Shown: positions 51,491 to 60,862 of the stretch, one piece after another
How positions within the stretch are numbered: the first letter of the stretch is position 1
How the letters are laid out: each line of letters opens with the position of its first letter
Source of the DNA: Candidatus Poribacteria bacterium
GTDB lineage: Bacteria; Poribacteria; WGA-4E; UBA9662
Assembly: GCA_036339735.1 (NCBI GenBank)
Contig: JAYZAL010000001.1
Span: 1 to 64,000, forward strand
DNA length: 64,000 bases
Direction of reading: 5' to 3'
Position numbers and translations under genes: made by a program
The notes under the pieces: generated by a model
The model's input: only the letters and a program-made list of their open reading frames with translations
Databases searched by the model: none
Told to the model about the DNA's origin: nothing

Positions 51491-52621
51491 CTAGTTAAGA
51501 CGTTGCCCAGTCTCATTATCAAAAAAATGCAGGTATTGCTTCGCTGATTCTGTCTTATGAGATAATGGAAGAATCAAAGCAACGTAATCACCAATACTAC
51601 ACTTTTGGCCCGAGTCTACGCGACATACAACCGTTTGTTCAGTTGAGTTGATAGTGACATAGACTAGAATCTCTGATCCGGTTGGTTCAATTACGTCAAC
51701 TTGACCACTAATACCATTATCCCCAAAATCCGAAATGCTTATTTCTAAATCCTCTGGTCGTATTCCAGCTGTCAGATTGCGTCCTTGATAGTGTGTTAAC
51801 TGTTCTGACATACTACTAGGTGGAATAGCTAATTGAACACCTTCTGCCGTAACAAAATTCAGTTCTGGTCCCATAGATTGGATTTGGCCGGAGAAAAAAT
51901 TCATCGGTGGCATACCAATAAAACTAGCCACAAATTTATTTTCAGGACGATCATAAAGTGTTATTGGGTCTGAGACTTGTTGGATTAGACCTTCATTCAT
52001 CACTACAATTCTATCACCCATGGTCATGGCTTCAATTTGGTCATGAGTAACATATAACATTGTGGACTTTAATTGGCTGTGTAAACGTTTAATTTCGAAC
52101 CTCATTTGAACTCTCAATTTAGCATCTAAGTTTGAGAGAGGTTCGTCAAATAAGAAAGCTGCTGGCTGGCGAACGATTGCCCGTCCTACTGCTACTCTTT
52201 GTCGTTGGCCACCAGAAAGTTGCTTCGGTTTCCTAGATAATAGATCTTGCAAATCCAGCATTTGAGCAGTTTCGTGAATTCTTTGTTGGATTTCTGATTT
52301 ACTAAATTTGCGCAATTTCAGACCAAAAGCCATGTTGTCGTAAACATTCATATGCGGGTACAGAGCATAGTTTTGAAAAACCATGGCAATATCCCGATCC
52401 TTAGGTGAAACCCAATTGATTAAACGATCATCAATGGTAATATTACCAGTAGTGATCTCTTCTAAGCCTGCAATCATCCGTAGAGTGGTTGATTTTCCAC
52501 AACCGGAAGGACCAACCAGAACTACAAATTCTCCATCGGCAACATCCAAATTAAAATCGGTTACCGCTGTTACGTCACCGGGATAGACTTTGCCAACACC
52601 TTCAAGTTTCACTTGTGCCAT
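51491..52621 (-). CDS. Carbohydrate ABC transporter ATP-binding protein (MalK/UgpC-like)
   Basis: GPSGCGKS, VFQNYALYPHM, LSGGQRQR, DEPLSNLDAKLR. Confidence 0.95.
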   Translation of the reverse strand: MAQVKLEGVGKVYPGDVTAVTDFNLDVADGEFVVLVGPSGCGKSTTLRMIAGLEEITTGNITIDDRLINWVSPKDRDIAMVFQNYALYPHMNVYDNMAFGLKLRKFSKSEIQQRIHETAQMLDLQDLLSRKPKQLSGGQRQRVAVGRAIVRQPAAFLFDEPLSNLDAKLRVQMRFEIKRLHSQLKSTMLYVTHDQIEAMTMGDRIVVMNEGLIQQVSDPITLYDRPENKFVASFIGMPPMNFFSGQIQSMGPELNFVTAEGVQLAIPPSSMSEQLTHYQGRNLTAGIRPEDLEISISDFGDNGISGQVDVIEPTGSEILVYVTINSTEQTVVCRVDSGQKCSIGDYVALILPLSHKTESAKQYLHFFDNETGQRLN

Positions 52622-52665
52622 TTTTATTTCCTTTTTGAGCTATATAATTGATATCAATCAAACAG

Positions 52666-53628
52666 CTAGCCCTTAATCGCCCCACTGGTCAAACCGCTAA
52701 TAAACTCTCGCTGCAAAGCAAAAAACAGGATGGCTGGTGGAATAATAGCGATCAGTGTTCCTGCCAAAAATATTCCATATTGTTGGCTATAAACACCTAC
52801 AAATTGATTAAGAATCACCGGTAAGGTCAATTTAGCTTGGGTTTGAATATAAATATTGGGCGCAACAAAAGAGTTCCAATTCCCCAAAAAACTAACCAAA
52901 CAAAAAGCACCTGTCATTGGTCGAACCAGAGGCATGACAATATTTAGATAAATATTAAACTCGCTGCAGCCGTCGATTCGTGCAGCTTCCAACAGGCTAT
53001 TTGGGACAGACAAACAAGCTTGACGAAACAAAAACATACCGAAGGCACTACTTGCTCCTGGTACCAGAAGAGCCCAGTAAGTATCCATCCAACCAATTTT
53101 GTATATCAAGTTATACAAAGGTGCCAGTAATAACATCCCCGGGATCATCATTGTCGCCAACATAAAGTAGATAATTGGAGCCTTTCCCACAAAATCATAT
53201 TTCGCCAAAGCAAAACCACCAAGAGAAGAGAAAAAAAGCGTAATCATAGTCGAGCTGCTAGCTAAAAAGAGAGAGTTCAACAAATATCGCCAAAAGTGGA
53301 CTTCGCCTTTGATCGTTTTTTCGGCTTCAAATAGAGAATCAAGTTCCTCTGTGCTTGGATTATAAAAGTTCTTTAAATTCAAAGTCTTGCTAGACCACTC
53401 GCTGGGTGGCGGCAAAAACGAATATTTCATTAACACATCAGAATCTTTGAAGACAGCACTAATTAGCCAAAAAAACGGTGATAAAATAAGTATAGCGATA
53501 AGAATCAGAATCATGTACCGCTGAAGGACCCTGATTTTCGGCCTATGGCGTGGTAACAGAAAATAAGCTATAAACGAGCCAAGGACTAGAAATATTAAAG
53601 TTATGTGAGAACTGTTAATTTTGTTCAT
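52666..53628 (-). CDS. Carbohydrate ABC transporter permease
   Basis: EAA motif LLEAARIDG; multiple TM helices. Confidence 0.92.
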   Translation of the reverse strand: MNKINSSHITLIFLVLGSFIAYFLLPRHRPKIRVLQRYMILILIAILILSPFFWLISAVFKDSDVLMKYSFLPPPSEWSSKTLNLKNFYNPSTEELDSLFEAEKTIKGEVHFWRYLLNSLFLASSSTMITLFFSSLGGFALAKYDFVGKAPIIYFMLATMMIPGMLLLAPLYNLIYKIGWMDTYWALLVPGASSAFGMFLFRQACLSVPNSLLEAARIDGCSEFNIYLNIVMPLVRPMTGAFCLVSFLGNWNSFVAPNIYIQTQAKLTLPVILNQFVGVYSQQYGIFLAGTLIAIIPPAILFFALQREFISGLTSGAIKG

Positions 53629-53630
53629 AC

Positions 53631-54509
53631 CTATTCAGTCTCAACACCACGAGCAATAGCCATTTGAGCCATACTAAAAACAAAAATAATTAAAGCCAAA
53701 ATCCAGCCAATAGCAGCACCTGTTCCCAGGTCTCCTGTTTCAAAGGCTGTACGGTACAAATAACCAACGATTGTCAAGCCCGCATCCTTTGGGCCATAAC
53801 CTTGCAACATGGAATATGGCATCTCAAAGAGTTGATATGAACCGATGGTACTCATAATTACCACGAAAATCGCAACTGGTTTAATGGCCGGTACCGTCAC
53901 AGCCCAAAATCTCTGCCAAGAATTAGCACCATCGATTAATGCGGCTTCAGTTAATTCCTGATCGACATTCTGCAATGCCGCCAGAAAGTAAATCATGTTA
54001 AAACCAACATACATCCACATGGAAACAATAATTAGAGCTGGCATCACTAAAGATGGATTTGACAACCATTCTTGGTCTAATCCCCAGAAAATCATCTTCT
54101 GCAGAAATCGGTTAAAAAGACCGTGTCGAGGCATAAATAACAGAGAAAAAATGATACCAACAAAAACTTGACCAACTAAGTGTGGACTAAATAAAATCAG
54201 TCGAAAGACTTCCTTAAGCCGGTCTTTTTTAGAATTCAGCAACAGGGCCAGTCCGAGAGAGAGTGGAAGTTGTAGGCAAAGAGAAGCCAAGGCGTAGATC
54301 GTTGTATTCCAAAAAGCTGTGTGAAAATCGCTATCGCTTAATACAAAAGTAAAATTCTTCCAACCAACAAATATTTTACTTTTCGGACCATTGGTTTGGT
54401 GGAAAGCTAAAAAAATGGCATCAAGGAAAGGATAAATAAAAAAGAAAACTGTTAGTATCAGATATGGGCTTATGAAGAACCATGGGGCTCGGGAAGTCAA
54501 TTTTTTCAT
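53631..54509 (-). CDS. Carbohydrate ABC transporter permease
   Basis: ELTEAALIDGAN.WQRF motif; multiple TM helices. Confidence 0.92.
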   Translation of the reverse strand: MKKLTSRAPWFFISPYLILTVFFFIYPFLDAIFLAFHQTNGPKSKIFVGWKNFTFVLSDSDFHTAFWNTTIYALASLCLQLPLSLGLALLLNSKKDRLKEVFRLILFSPHLVGQVFVGIIFSLLFMPRHGLFNRFLQKMIFWGLDQEWLSNPSLVMPALIIVSMWMYVGFNMIYFLAALQNVDQELTEAALIDGANSWQRFWAVTVPAIKPVAIFVVIMSTIGSYQLFEMPYSMLQGYGPKDAGLTIVGYLYRTAFETGDLGTGAAIGWILALIIFVFSMAQMAIARGVETE

Positions 54510-54513
54510 TCAT

Positions 54514-55926
54514 TTAGTTTCGGCTGAGCAGGCCTAGCGATTGCATGTCATAGGTGTAAAAGACGTTATGAGACATCACTTTTTTCACGTAATTAGACAC
54601 TCGTCTGAGCTCAGTTTTGGTGTAACCCATCAACTCAGATTCTCCCTCATTTTGGTAATACTGTGCGGCATTCATAAACGCTTCATTCATTTTAATACGG
54701 GCTAAATCGTAATAGGGACTACCATAATTAGGAGGAATATTGGGAGCTTGAGAAGCATACAGTTGCCCAATTGCTTGATTAGAATACAACGGAATAGGAG
54801 TTTGAAAAATCGGCAATTCCCAAGCATCCTTGACTGGTGGCAAAATGTAGGAATCTATAAATCGCTCACCCAAATCCTCCTTTTTGAGATATAGTTTCTT
54901 GGCATAAGCCCAGGCCAAGTCTTTATTCTTACAAGCCTTAGTGATCGCCAACCCACTACCTCCCCAGGTACTGGTACGACGACCACCAGGTTCCCAAGCT
55001 GGTAGTGGCATCAACGCTAATTTCCCTTCTAAATGTGGGACATCCGTTTCAAACTGCTTACTTCGCCAATCAGGACAATAGTAAAATAGGACTAACCCGT
55101 CGCTTATAGTTTTAGCTAGGCTTTGCCCCCAACCAGCAGAAAAAGCAATTCTATTTGGCCCATAGCATTGTTTGATATACCAAACTATAGTTTCAGCTAC
55201 GCCATCGGTATCAATGGTTAATCTTCCGCTCTCATCAAATAAGCCTTCACCTCTTTGCTGAAGCAGAGGTATGATAACGTCTCCTCCAGCTTTGTTAAGG
55301 TCAATCATAAATCGATCTGGGTTGCCATCCCCGTCAAAATCTTGGGTGACTTGACGGCCTATGCGAGTAAAATCATCCCATGTTTGTATTTGATCGGCAG
55401 AAAACCCCAATTGATCCTCAAAAATATCCCTCCGATAGCAGAGCATCAACGGGTGAACATCGTGTGGTAACGCATAGATACGATTGTTACGAGATAGACG
55501 ACTAAATCGAGATTCTACAAAACGGTCATATAGGGAAACACCATCGACTTTTTCTTGATGAAGGCGATCCGTCAAATCAATGAATCCAATATCTTCAACT
55601 GGACCTTGTGTAAAATACCCCATCGAATCAGCTAGGATCTCGACTAAATCTGGAACCTCGGCATCTGTCATCAAAGCACTTTGTAACCGATCCTTGACCG
55701 CTCGATCAGAAACTAACTGAAGGTGGATTTTAACCCCATGTTCTTTCTCAAATTCTTCAGTTGCTTTCTGATATGCTTCCAAGTGGCTACGTGCAAACGT
55801 CACAAAAACCAAATCGTATTCGATTTGGTCAGAGAAATTAACAAAAACGAGAAGAAGCAGCCCAGTAGCCACCGCCAAAACTAGAATCCAAAAAGGAGCT
55901 TGGCCGTAGGGGAAGTTTTGCATCAA
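54514..55926 (-). CDS. Carbohydrate ABC transporter solute-binding protein
   Basis: N-terminal membrane anchor, IYALP, YRRDIF, DFDGDG loop, WGGSGLAI; first gene of the ABC cluster. Confidence 0.88.
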   Translation of the reverse strand: MMQNFPYGQAPFWILVLAVATGLLLLVFVNFSDQIEYDLVFVTFARSHLEAYQKATEEFEKEHGVKIHLQLVSDRAVKDRLQSALMTDAEVPDLVEILADSMGYFTQGPVEDIGFIDLTDRLHQEKVDGVSLYDRFVESRFSRLSRNNRIYALPHDVHPLMLCYRRDIFEDQLGFSADQIQTWDDFTRIGRQVTQDFDGDGNPDRFMIDLNKAGGDVIIPLLQQRGEGLFDESGRLTIDTDGVAETIVWYIKQCYGPNRIAFSAGWGQSLAKTISDGLVLFYYCPDWRSKQFETDVPHLEGKLALMPLPAWEPGGRRTSTWGGSGLAITKACKNKDLAWAYAKKLYLKKEDLGERFIDSYILPPVKDAWELPIFQTPIPLYSNQAIGQLYASQAPNIPPNYGSPYYDLARIKMNEAFMNAAQYYQNEGESELMGYTKTELRRVSNYVKKVMSHNVFYTYDMQSLGLLSRN

Positions 55927-55953
55927 CGCATACCAATATGTAAGTAAGTCGTC

Positions 55954-56718
55954 CTAGGTAACTTGGCAGAGAGAATCTGCTTGTCGAAGAGCCGCCTTCC
56001 AATCTCCTTTGGGCGTAAACTCGTGTCCTACAAAGCCGTCGTACCCGGTGTCGGCAATGGCTTGAAAAATTGGTGGATAGTAGATCTCTTGCTGATCATC
56101 CAAATCATTTCGACCGGGGTTACCTGCGGTATGGTAGTGGCCAATATATTGGTGATTATCCCTGATATTACGGATGATGTCTCCTTCCATAATCTGCATA
56201 TGATAGATGTCATACAGCAGCTTGACATGAGATGAATTCACACGCTGGCAAACTTCGACTCCCCAAGGAGTTTTGTCACACTGATAATCTGGATGGTTGA
56301 CCTTACTGTTCAACAATTCTAATATTAGCATCACATCAGCCGATTCTGCAGCTTTGGTGACTCGTTCTAACCCACGTGCCGTGATATCTATTCCCTCAGC
56401 GTCAGTAATATCATCATAACGATTTCCAGAAAAACAAATTAGGTTAACAATGCCAAACTCTTTTGCTAATTCGATATTTTTCGATAATTCGTCTTCGATA
56501 CGACTATGATTCTCGGGTTTATTGAGGCCGTCAGTTAGCGATGCATGTCCCCCGTGGGTTGCAATAGTTAAACCTAAGTCATTTGCCATCGACCAGTATT
56601 TTTGATCAATCATTTCCACGCCTGGAATTCCAAGTTCGACCAGGCCTTTCAAAAAAATCTCCGTCGTCACCTCTCCGCGCACAAAGCACCAACCCGGTGC
56701 AGCTTGTCTCAGTCCCAT
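55954..56718 (-). CDS. Hydroxypyruvate isomerase family TIM-barrel protein
   Basis: ICFSGNR, ELLNSKVNHPDY, LLYDIYHMQIMEGD, HYHTAGNPGR, GHEF. Confidence 0.9.
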   Translation of the reverse strand: MGLRQAAPGWCFVRGEVTTEIFLKGLVELGIPGVEMIDQKYWSMANDLGLTIATHGGHASLTDGLNKPENHSRIEDELSKNIELAKEFGIVNLICFSGNRYDDITDAEGIDITARGLERVTKAAESADVMLILELLNSKVNHPDYQCDKTPWGVEVCQRVNSSHVKLLYDIYHMQIMEGDIIRNIRDNHQYIGHYHTAGNPGRNDLDDQQEIYYPPIFQAIADTGYDGFVGHEFTPKGDWKAALRQADSLCQVT

Positions 56719-56770
56719 AAAAATTCCTTCTGATATGTGATTAGTGATAGTTAATAAGGCTAACCGCCAC

Positions 56771-56800
56771 AGTTTATCAATTTTGTTATTGATCTGTCAA
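56771..56800 (-). promoter_or_regulatory. Sigma-70-type promoter for the sugar utilisation cluster
   Basis: Minus strand TTGACA-N18-TAAACT with TG extension. Confidence 0.5.
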
Positions 56801-56805
56801 TCTTG

Positions 56806-58317
56806 TCACTGAGTAGAGAAAATTTGATTGCTAGCAACGACGAACCGAGTGGAAATCTTCAATCTCTTTCTCACTTGTTGTGAGATACTATCAATAATAA
56901 TATTAAGCGTAGCGGTGATAAGGATCAGCAAAATAGCTTTGTCAAGCTGATCTTCCGCAATAGCACTGTCAATATAAAAACCAAGCGTATATATGCCTAA
57001 AATACCTAGGATGGCAGACTCCCGCATAATAATTTCCCATCGATAGAATAAAAAAGCCAAAAATTGGCCGTAGACTCGAGGTAAAACTAAATATGTATAT
57101 CGGTCAAAATGTCGCTTGGGAGCATCTGATCGTAACTTTATTAAATCGGCGTTGTTACTAGTCAAAAATGATAAAATTGCACCATTGTGTAATGTGATGG
57201 CCAAAATAGCCGGTAACATGGAAGGGCCATAGATCAGAATAAAAACATAAGCCAAAATATACTCTGGCGTAGTTCGGCACACGATTAATAAGAATCGAGT
57301 AATTGGTTTTATCGGTCTGTAGCTCAAGTTTCGACAAGCGAAAGGAAAAGCTAGCAAGGTGAAAATTCCCGTTGTAGCTAATACAATTTGCGTTAGTAAA
57401 ATCGTATTCCAGACTCCTTCTGCTCCAGCATCATGCCAAGTATTTATTAACCATGATAATATCTCAGTCACTGAAAAATTAATTTCCTGATTACCGGATA
57501 TCGGATCCACTCTCCTCAGGGGCCAAGGCATAATATCAACGGTCAGAAATCTGATCATGTTAGCCCAAGATATCGATATTTTTTGCGATAAAAATGTAAA
57601 GGAAATGACAATATAAGGGATTATTAACTTAGGCCTAGCCCAGTACTTAAGTGCGGCTATCAACAAATAAAAAGCGTAGAGTAATGCCCAAGCATGGTTA
57701 TAAATACCCTCGCGAAAAGCGGTTTCCAGATGATAGCCAATTGTTGGCAAACCAATAAAACCGAGAATTGTACTTGAACGTAGGGCACACTCGAACCGAT
57801 AGCCCGTATAAAGCTTAGCATCAGTATAAACAACTGGTAAAACAGCGTAAATAAAGGAGCTAAAGCCATCAGCTCTCGGTGGTATACCTACTAATGGTCG
57901 GCGGTCGGATTCTTGAGCAATTTCCGCGTAAACTTTGGCGAAAATACCTGAATAAGGAATTGCAATAGATAAAACGCCACAGATGGGATTAAGACCGACG
58001 AGATTAAGGAAAATAAAAGCCCAAAAAATCTCATGAACTGATCGTATAAAAGCGCAGAGTAAACGGACTGGGGCCCAACCAAAACCTAAGGCTAGAACCC
58101 CCCCCCAAAAGGCCGCCAAAGACGTACCAGCGAATGCAAAAATTACCGTATTTAAAAAAGCCGACTTAAATTTCCAGAGAACAGAAAAGTCTGGTTGAAC
58201 AGCTCCTAATGCGATTTCGCCCAATTCCGACCAAGCGGATAAGGTTGTTACTTCCAAATCAGCAAACAGCAAGGCAAGCAACGCTAAAACGACTAAGATC
58301 AAACTGGATCTAAGCAT
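56806..58317 (-). CDS. PhnE/PtxC-family ABC permease with two fused permease domains
   Basis: Two repeats ending YRFECALRSSTILGFIG and YRWEIIMRESAILGILG. Confidence 0.88.
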   Translation of the reverse strand: MLRSSLILVVLALLALLFADLEVTTLSAWSELGEIALGAVQPDFSVLWKFKSAFLNTVIFAFAGTSLAAFWGGVLALGFGWAPVRLLCAFIRSVHEIFWAFIFLNLVGLNPICGVLSIAIPYSGIFAKVYAEIAQESDRRPLVGIPPRADGFSSFIYAVLPVVYTDAKLYTGYRFECALRSSTILGFIGLPTIGYHLETAFREGIYNHAWALLYAFYLLIAALKYWARPKLIIPYIVISFTFLSQKISISWANMIRFLTVDIMPWPLRRVDPISGNQEINFSVTEILSWLINTWHDAGAEGVWNTILLTQIVLATTGIFTLLAFPFACRNLSYRPIKPITRFLLIVCRTTPEYILAYVFILIYGPSMLPAILAITLHNGAILSFLTSNNADLIKLRSDAPKRHFDRYTYLVLPRVYGQFLAFLFYRWEIIMRESAILGILGIYTLGFYIDSAIAEDQLDKAILLILITATLNIIIDSISQQVRKRLKISTRFVVASNQIFSTQ

Positions 58318-58345
58318 ACTGTTTTAGACCGACACAATAAGGCTA

Positions 58346-59023
58346 TTAACGATGGTAAAGTTTATTTAGCATATCATTGGTAACTTCTTCGGAAGGCGAG
58401 TCAAATAAAACTCTACCCTGTCGTAACCCTATAATGCGTTGAGCATACTGTCTAGCAAAGTTGACTGCATGCAGCGAAGCAATAACAGTTTTTGTACCTC
58501 CAAATATGAGGTTAAGCACAGTTTCAGCTTGCTGAATGTCGATAGACGCAACTGGCTCGTCTGCTAAGAAAAGATGCCCACCTCTATAGACCGCGCGTGC
58601 AATTGCTGTTCGTTGTTGCTGGCCACCAGATAGTGTGCCAACTCTTTGATTGATTTGTTCAACTAGATCTAGGTCTTTTAAAACTGATTCTATTTCGGCA
58701 CGTACGTTTGATTGAGGCCGGATTAGATTTCTCAGGTTAGCCCCGACTGAATTGCGGTCCAACCGTCCTATGTAGACGTTGTGGAAAACCGATAGCTGTG
58801 GAACCAAAGCGTAATCTTGATGTACGAAAGCCGATTCGTCGTTTGGGTTCTGGATCTGATTCTTTTCGTGAAGGCAATATAATAAGGTCGTTTTCCCTGA
58901 GCCACTCGGTCCAATTAATGCAATTTTTTCACCGCGTTCAATCTTAAGTGTGATTTGTTGAAGGGCAATCTTAGCTTTGTAGGCTACCTTTTCATCTACC
59001 AAATTAAATAATTCACTAGCCAT
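58346..59023 (-). CDS. PhnC-like ABC ATP-binding protein
   Basis: [25 protein letters not shown]. Confidence 0.9.
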   Translation of the reverse strand: MASELFNLVDEKVAYKAKIALQQITLKIERGEKIALIGPSGSGKTTLLYCLHEKNQIQNPNDESAFVHQDYALVPQLSVFHNVYIGRLDRNSVGANLRNLIRPQSNVRAEIESVLKDLDLVEQINQRVGTLSGGQQQRTAIARAVYRGGHLFLADEPVASIDIQQAETVLNLIFGGTKTVIASLHAVNFARQYAQRIIGLRQGRVLFDSPSEEVTNDMLNKLYHR

Positions 59024-59026
59024 CTC

Positions 59027-59932
59027 CTATTGTCGGATAATACCAACGTCAACTGCCGTATCCAAAATTGTTTGGAACATAGAATTATCCGCGGGAATAA
59101 AACCAGCTCTTGGGAAAGAAGCAAGTATTTCAGGATCAGTTAATCCAATCAAGGCTTGTTGGACTTTTTGGCTAAAGCCATCACCATATGTTTGATCCAC
59201 ATCGCCCCGGATTGTCCAGTTGTAATCAGGGTAAGTCGGTGTTCGCCAAATAACTTGCACGCGCTTGGAATCGACTTTCCCATTTAAGACGGCTTTCTGC
59301 CAAACTTTGTAATTGATGGCTCCAATCTCATAACTTCCTGACTGGACAAGCTCTAATGTCTTTGTATGATCTCCACTGTAACCGACACGCTTAAAAATAA
59401 GACGTGGTTCCTTCTGAAGTGATTGGCGAATAAAATATTCTGGCATCAAACGACCAGAGGTAGAGCTTTTGGATCCAAAAGTGAACGTTTTTCCTACTAT
59501 TCCAGTTGGAAAATTCTCGGTAAAAGACAGACCAGTAGCAGTGTTGGCGATAAAATAAGTCATAAAATTAGGGTCATCCTTACCCTGAGCTATTGCTCGA
59601 GAATTAGGAACAGCCAAACGAGCCTGTACTCCGGACAGCCCACCAAACCAAGCTAATTGAACCTGATTGTTTTTGAAGGCTTGTACCGATGCGCTATAAG
59701 ATTTGACGGGTACATATTTGACGGACTGACCTAACTGTGAAGTTAGGTAATTAGCGATTTTGCTGAATCGCTCTTGTAAATCCACGGTATCTTGATCAGG
59801 AATGGCTGTAAAAGTAAAATCAATACTTTCAGCAGTAACTTGCCCGGCAATTATAATGGCAATTGCCAGCGCAAAAAAACATTTCCGGTTGAGTCTAAAC
59901 TTTTTCAATACTAAACACCTATAAAAATTCAA
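59027..59932 (-). CDS. PhnD-family substrate-binding protein, putative selenate ABC transporter type (true start may be the TTG at ~59908)
   Basis: FTFTAIPDQD, AWFGGLSGVQAR, TFGSKSSTSGRLMP, SGDH, TPTYPDYNW; signal peptide. Confidence 0.82.
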   Translation of the reverse strand: MNFYRCLVLKKFRLNRKCFFALAIAIIIAGQVTAESIDFTFTAIPDQDTVDLQERFSKIANYLTSQLGQSVKYVPVKSYSASVQAFKNNQVQLAWFGGLSGVQARLAVPNSRAIAQGKDDPNFMTYFIANTATGLSFTENFPTGIVGKTFTFGSKSSTSGRLMPEYFIRQSLQKEPRLIFKRVGYSGDHTKTLELVQSGSYEIGAINYKVWQKAVLNGKVDSKRVQVIWRTPTYPDYNWTIRGDVDQTYGDGFSQKVQQALIGLTDPEILASFPRAGFIPADNSMFQTILDTAVDVGIIRQ

Positions 59933-60274
59933 AATTTGAACGTACGTCTACTGTTATCGAGCCAAGGCTCACCGATCACAACGAGAGGAAACTCATAGCC
60001 TATAACTTAAAGTAGAACATATCTGATTACTAGGGTAATTAGTGATTTACACTCAACAGACAGGATAACCGAATTTAGGTGGGTTGTTTCGAATAGTAAG
60101 GCAGACTATCCATCAAGGGTGAAACACAAATACCCATATTAAGAAGGCACAATCCTTGTACCAAATGGCTATTTCATCTTCAGTAATAGGTATAGTGATG
60201 TTTCATTCATTATCCCCTGATATAGCGACCCCTATTATACTAATAACCTAACGGAAAATCAAAAACTTCCCCCG

Positions 60275-60670
60275 TTAATCACCTAACGTTTTTTGGTAAT
60301 CTTTTATGATATCTCGGGTTTGTCCCCAGATAATTACTAACTGATCATACAATTTGCATTGTTGAGAAATGTAATTGATGTTGCTAGCATCATTAATTTC
60401 AGCGGCAATGTAAGCTGCACGATACAAACAACAGGTTCCGAGTACTCCCTTCATCCAGTGGCTGATTTTCTTAATAGATGACTGATCTTGATTGGAGATA
60501 GCAGTTTCCAAGAGTGGTAACCGGATTTCCATCGCTTGCACTAGTTGATCAGTCATTTCATGTACAAAATTCTCATCTCCAATCTCTAATAAAGACTTGG
60601 GATCAAAAAGTGGCAAATTGGTGCTCGGTGGCGAGAACTTATGTGTGAGTAGGTTTTTGCTATCAGGCAT
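60275..60670 (-). CDS. Stand-alone Hpt (histidine phosphotransfer) domain protein
   Basis: All-helical; SHWMKG matches the Hpt H-x-x-K-G motif. Confidence 0.72.
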   Translation of the reverse strand: MPDSKNLLTHKFSPPSTNLPLFDPKSLLEIGDENFVHEMTDQLVQAMEIRLPLLETAISNQDQSSIKKISHWMKGVLGTCCLYRAAYIAAEINDASNINYISQQCKLYDQLVIIWGQTRDIIKDYQKTLGD

Positions 60671-60814
60671 CTATCTTTCTTTCTTGCTATCCATTGTTCA
60701 AAAGTAATGAATTACCGTAACATAAAGCCTTAGAATTCATCAATTTCTATTTGTTTTTGTGACAAACAATGGTTGGCTAAATTCGTCCGAATATCCCCAA
60801 ACTAATCGAGTAAA

Positions 60815-60823
60815 TGGTATAAT
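60815..60823 (+). promoter_or_regulatory. Extended -10 promoter
   Basis: TGGTATAAT about 40 bp before the MFS start. Confidence 0.45.
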
Positions 60824-60862
60824 CGCGTCTTTTGTCCTAAATCCATTTCATTCAGAGTTTCA

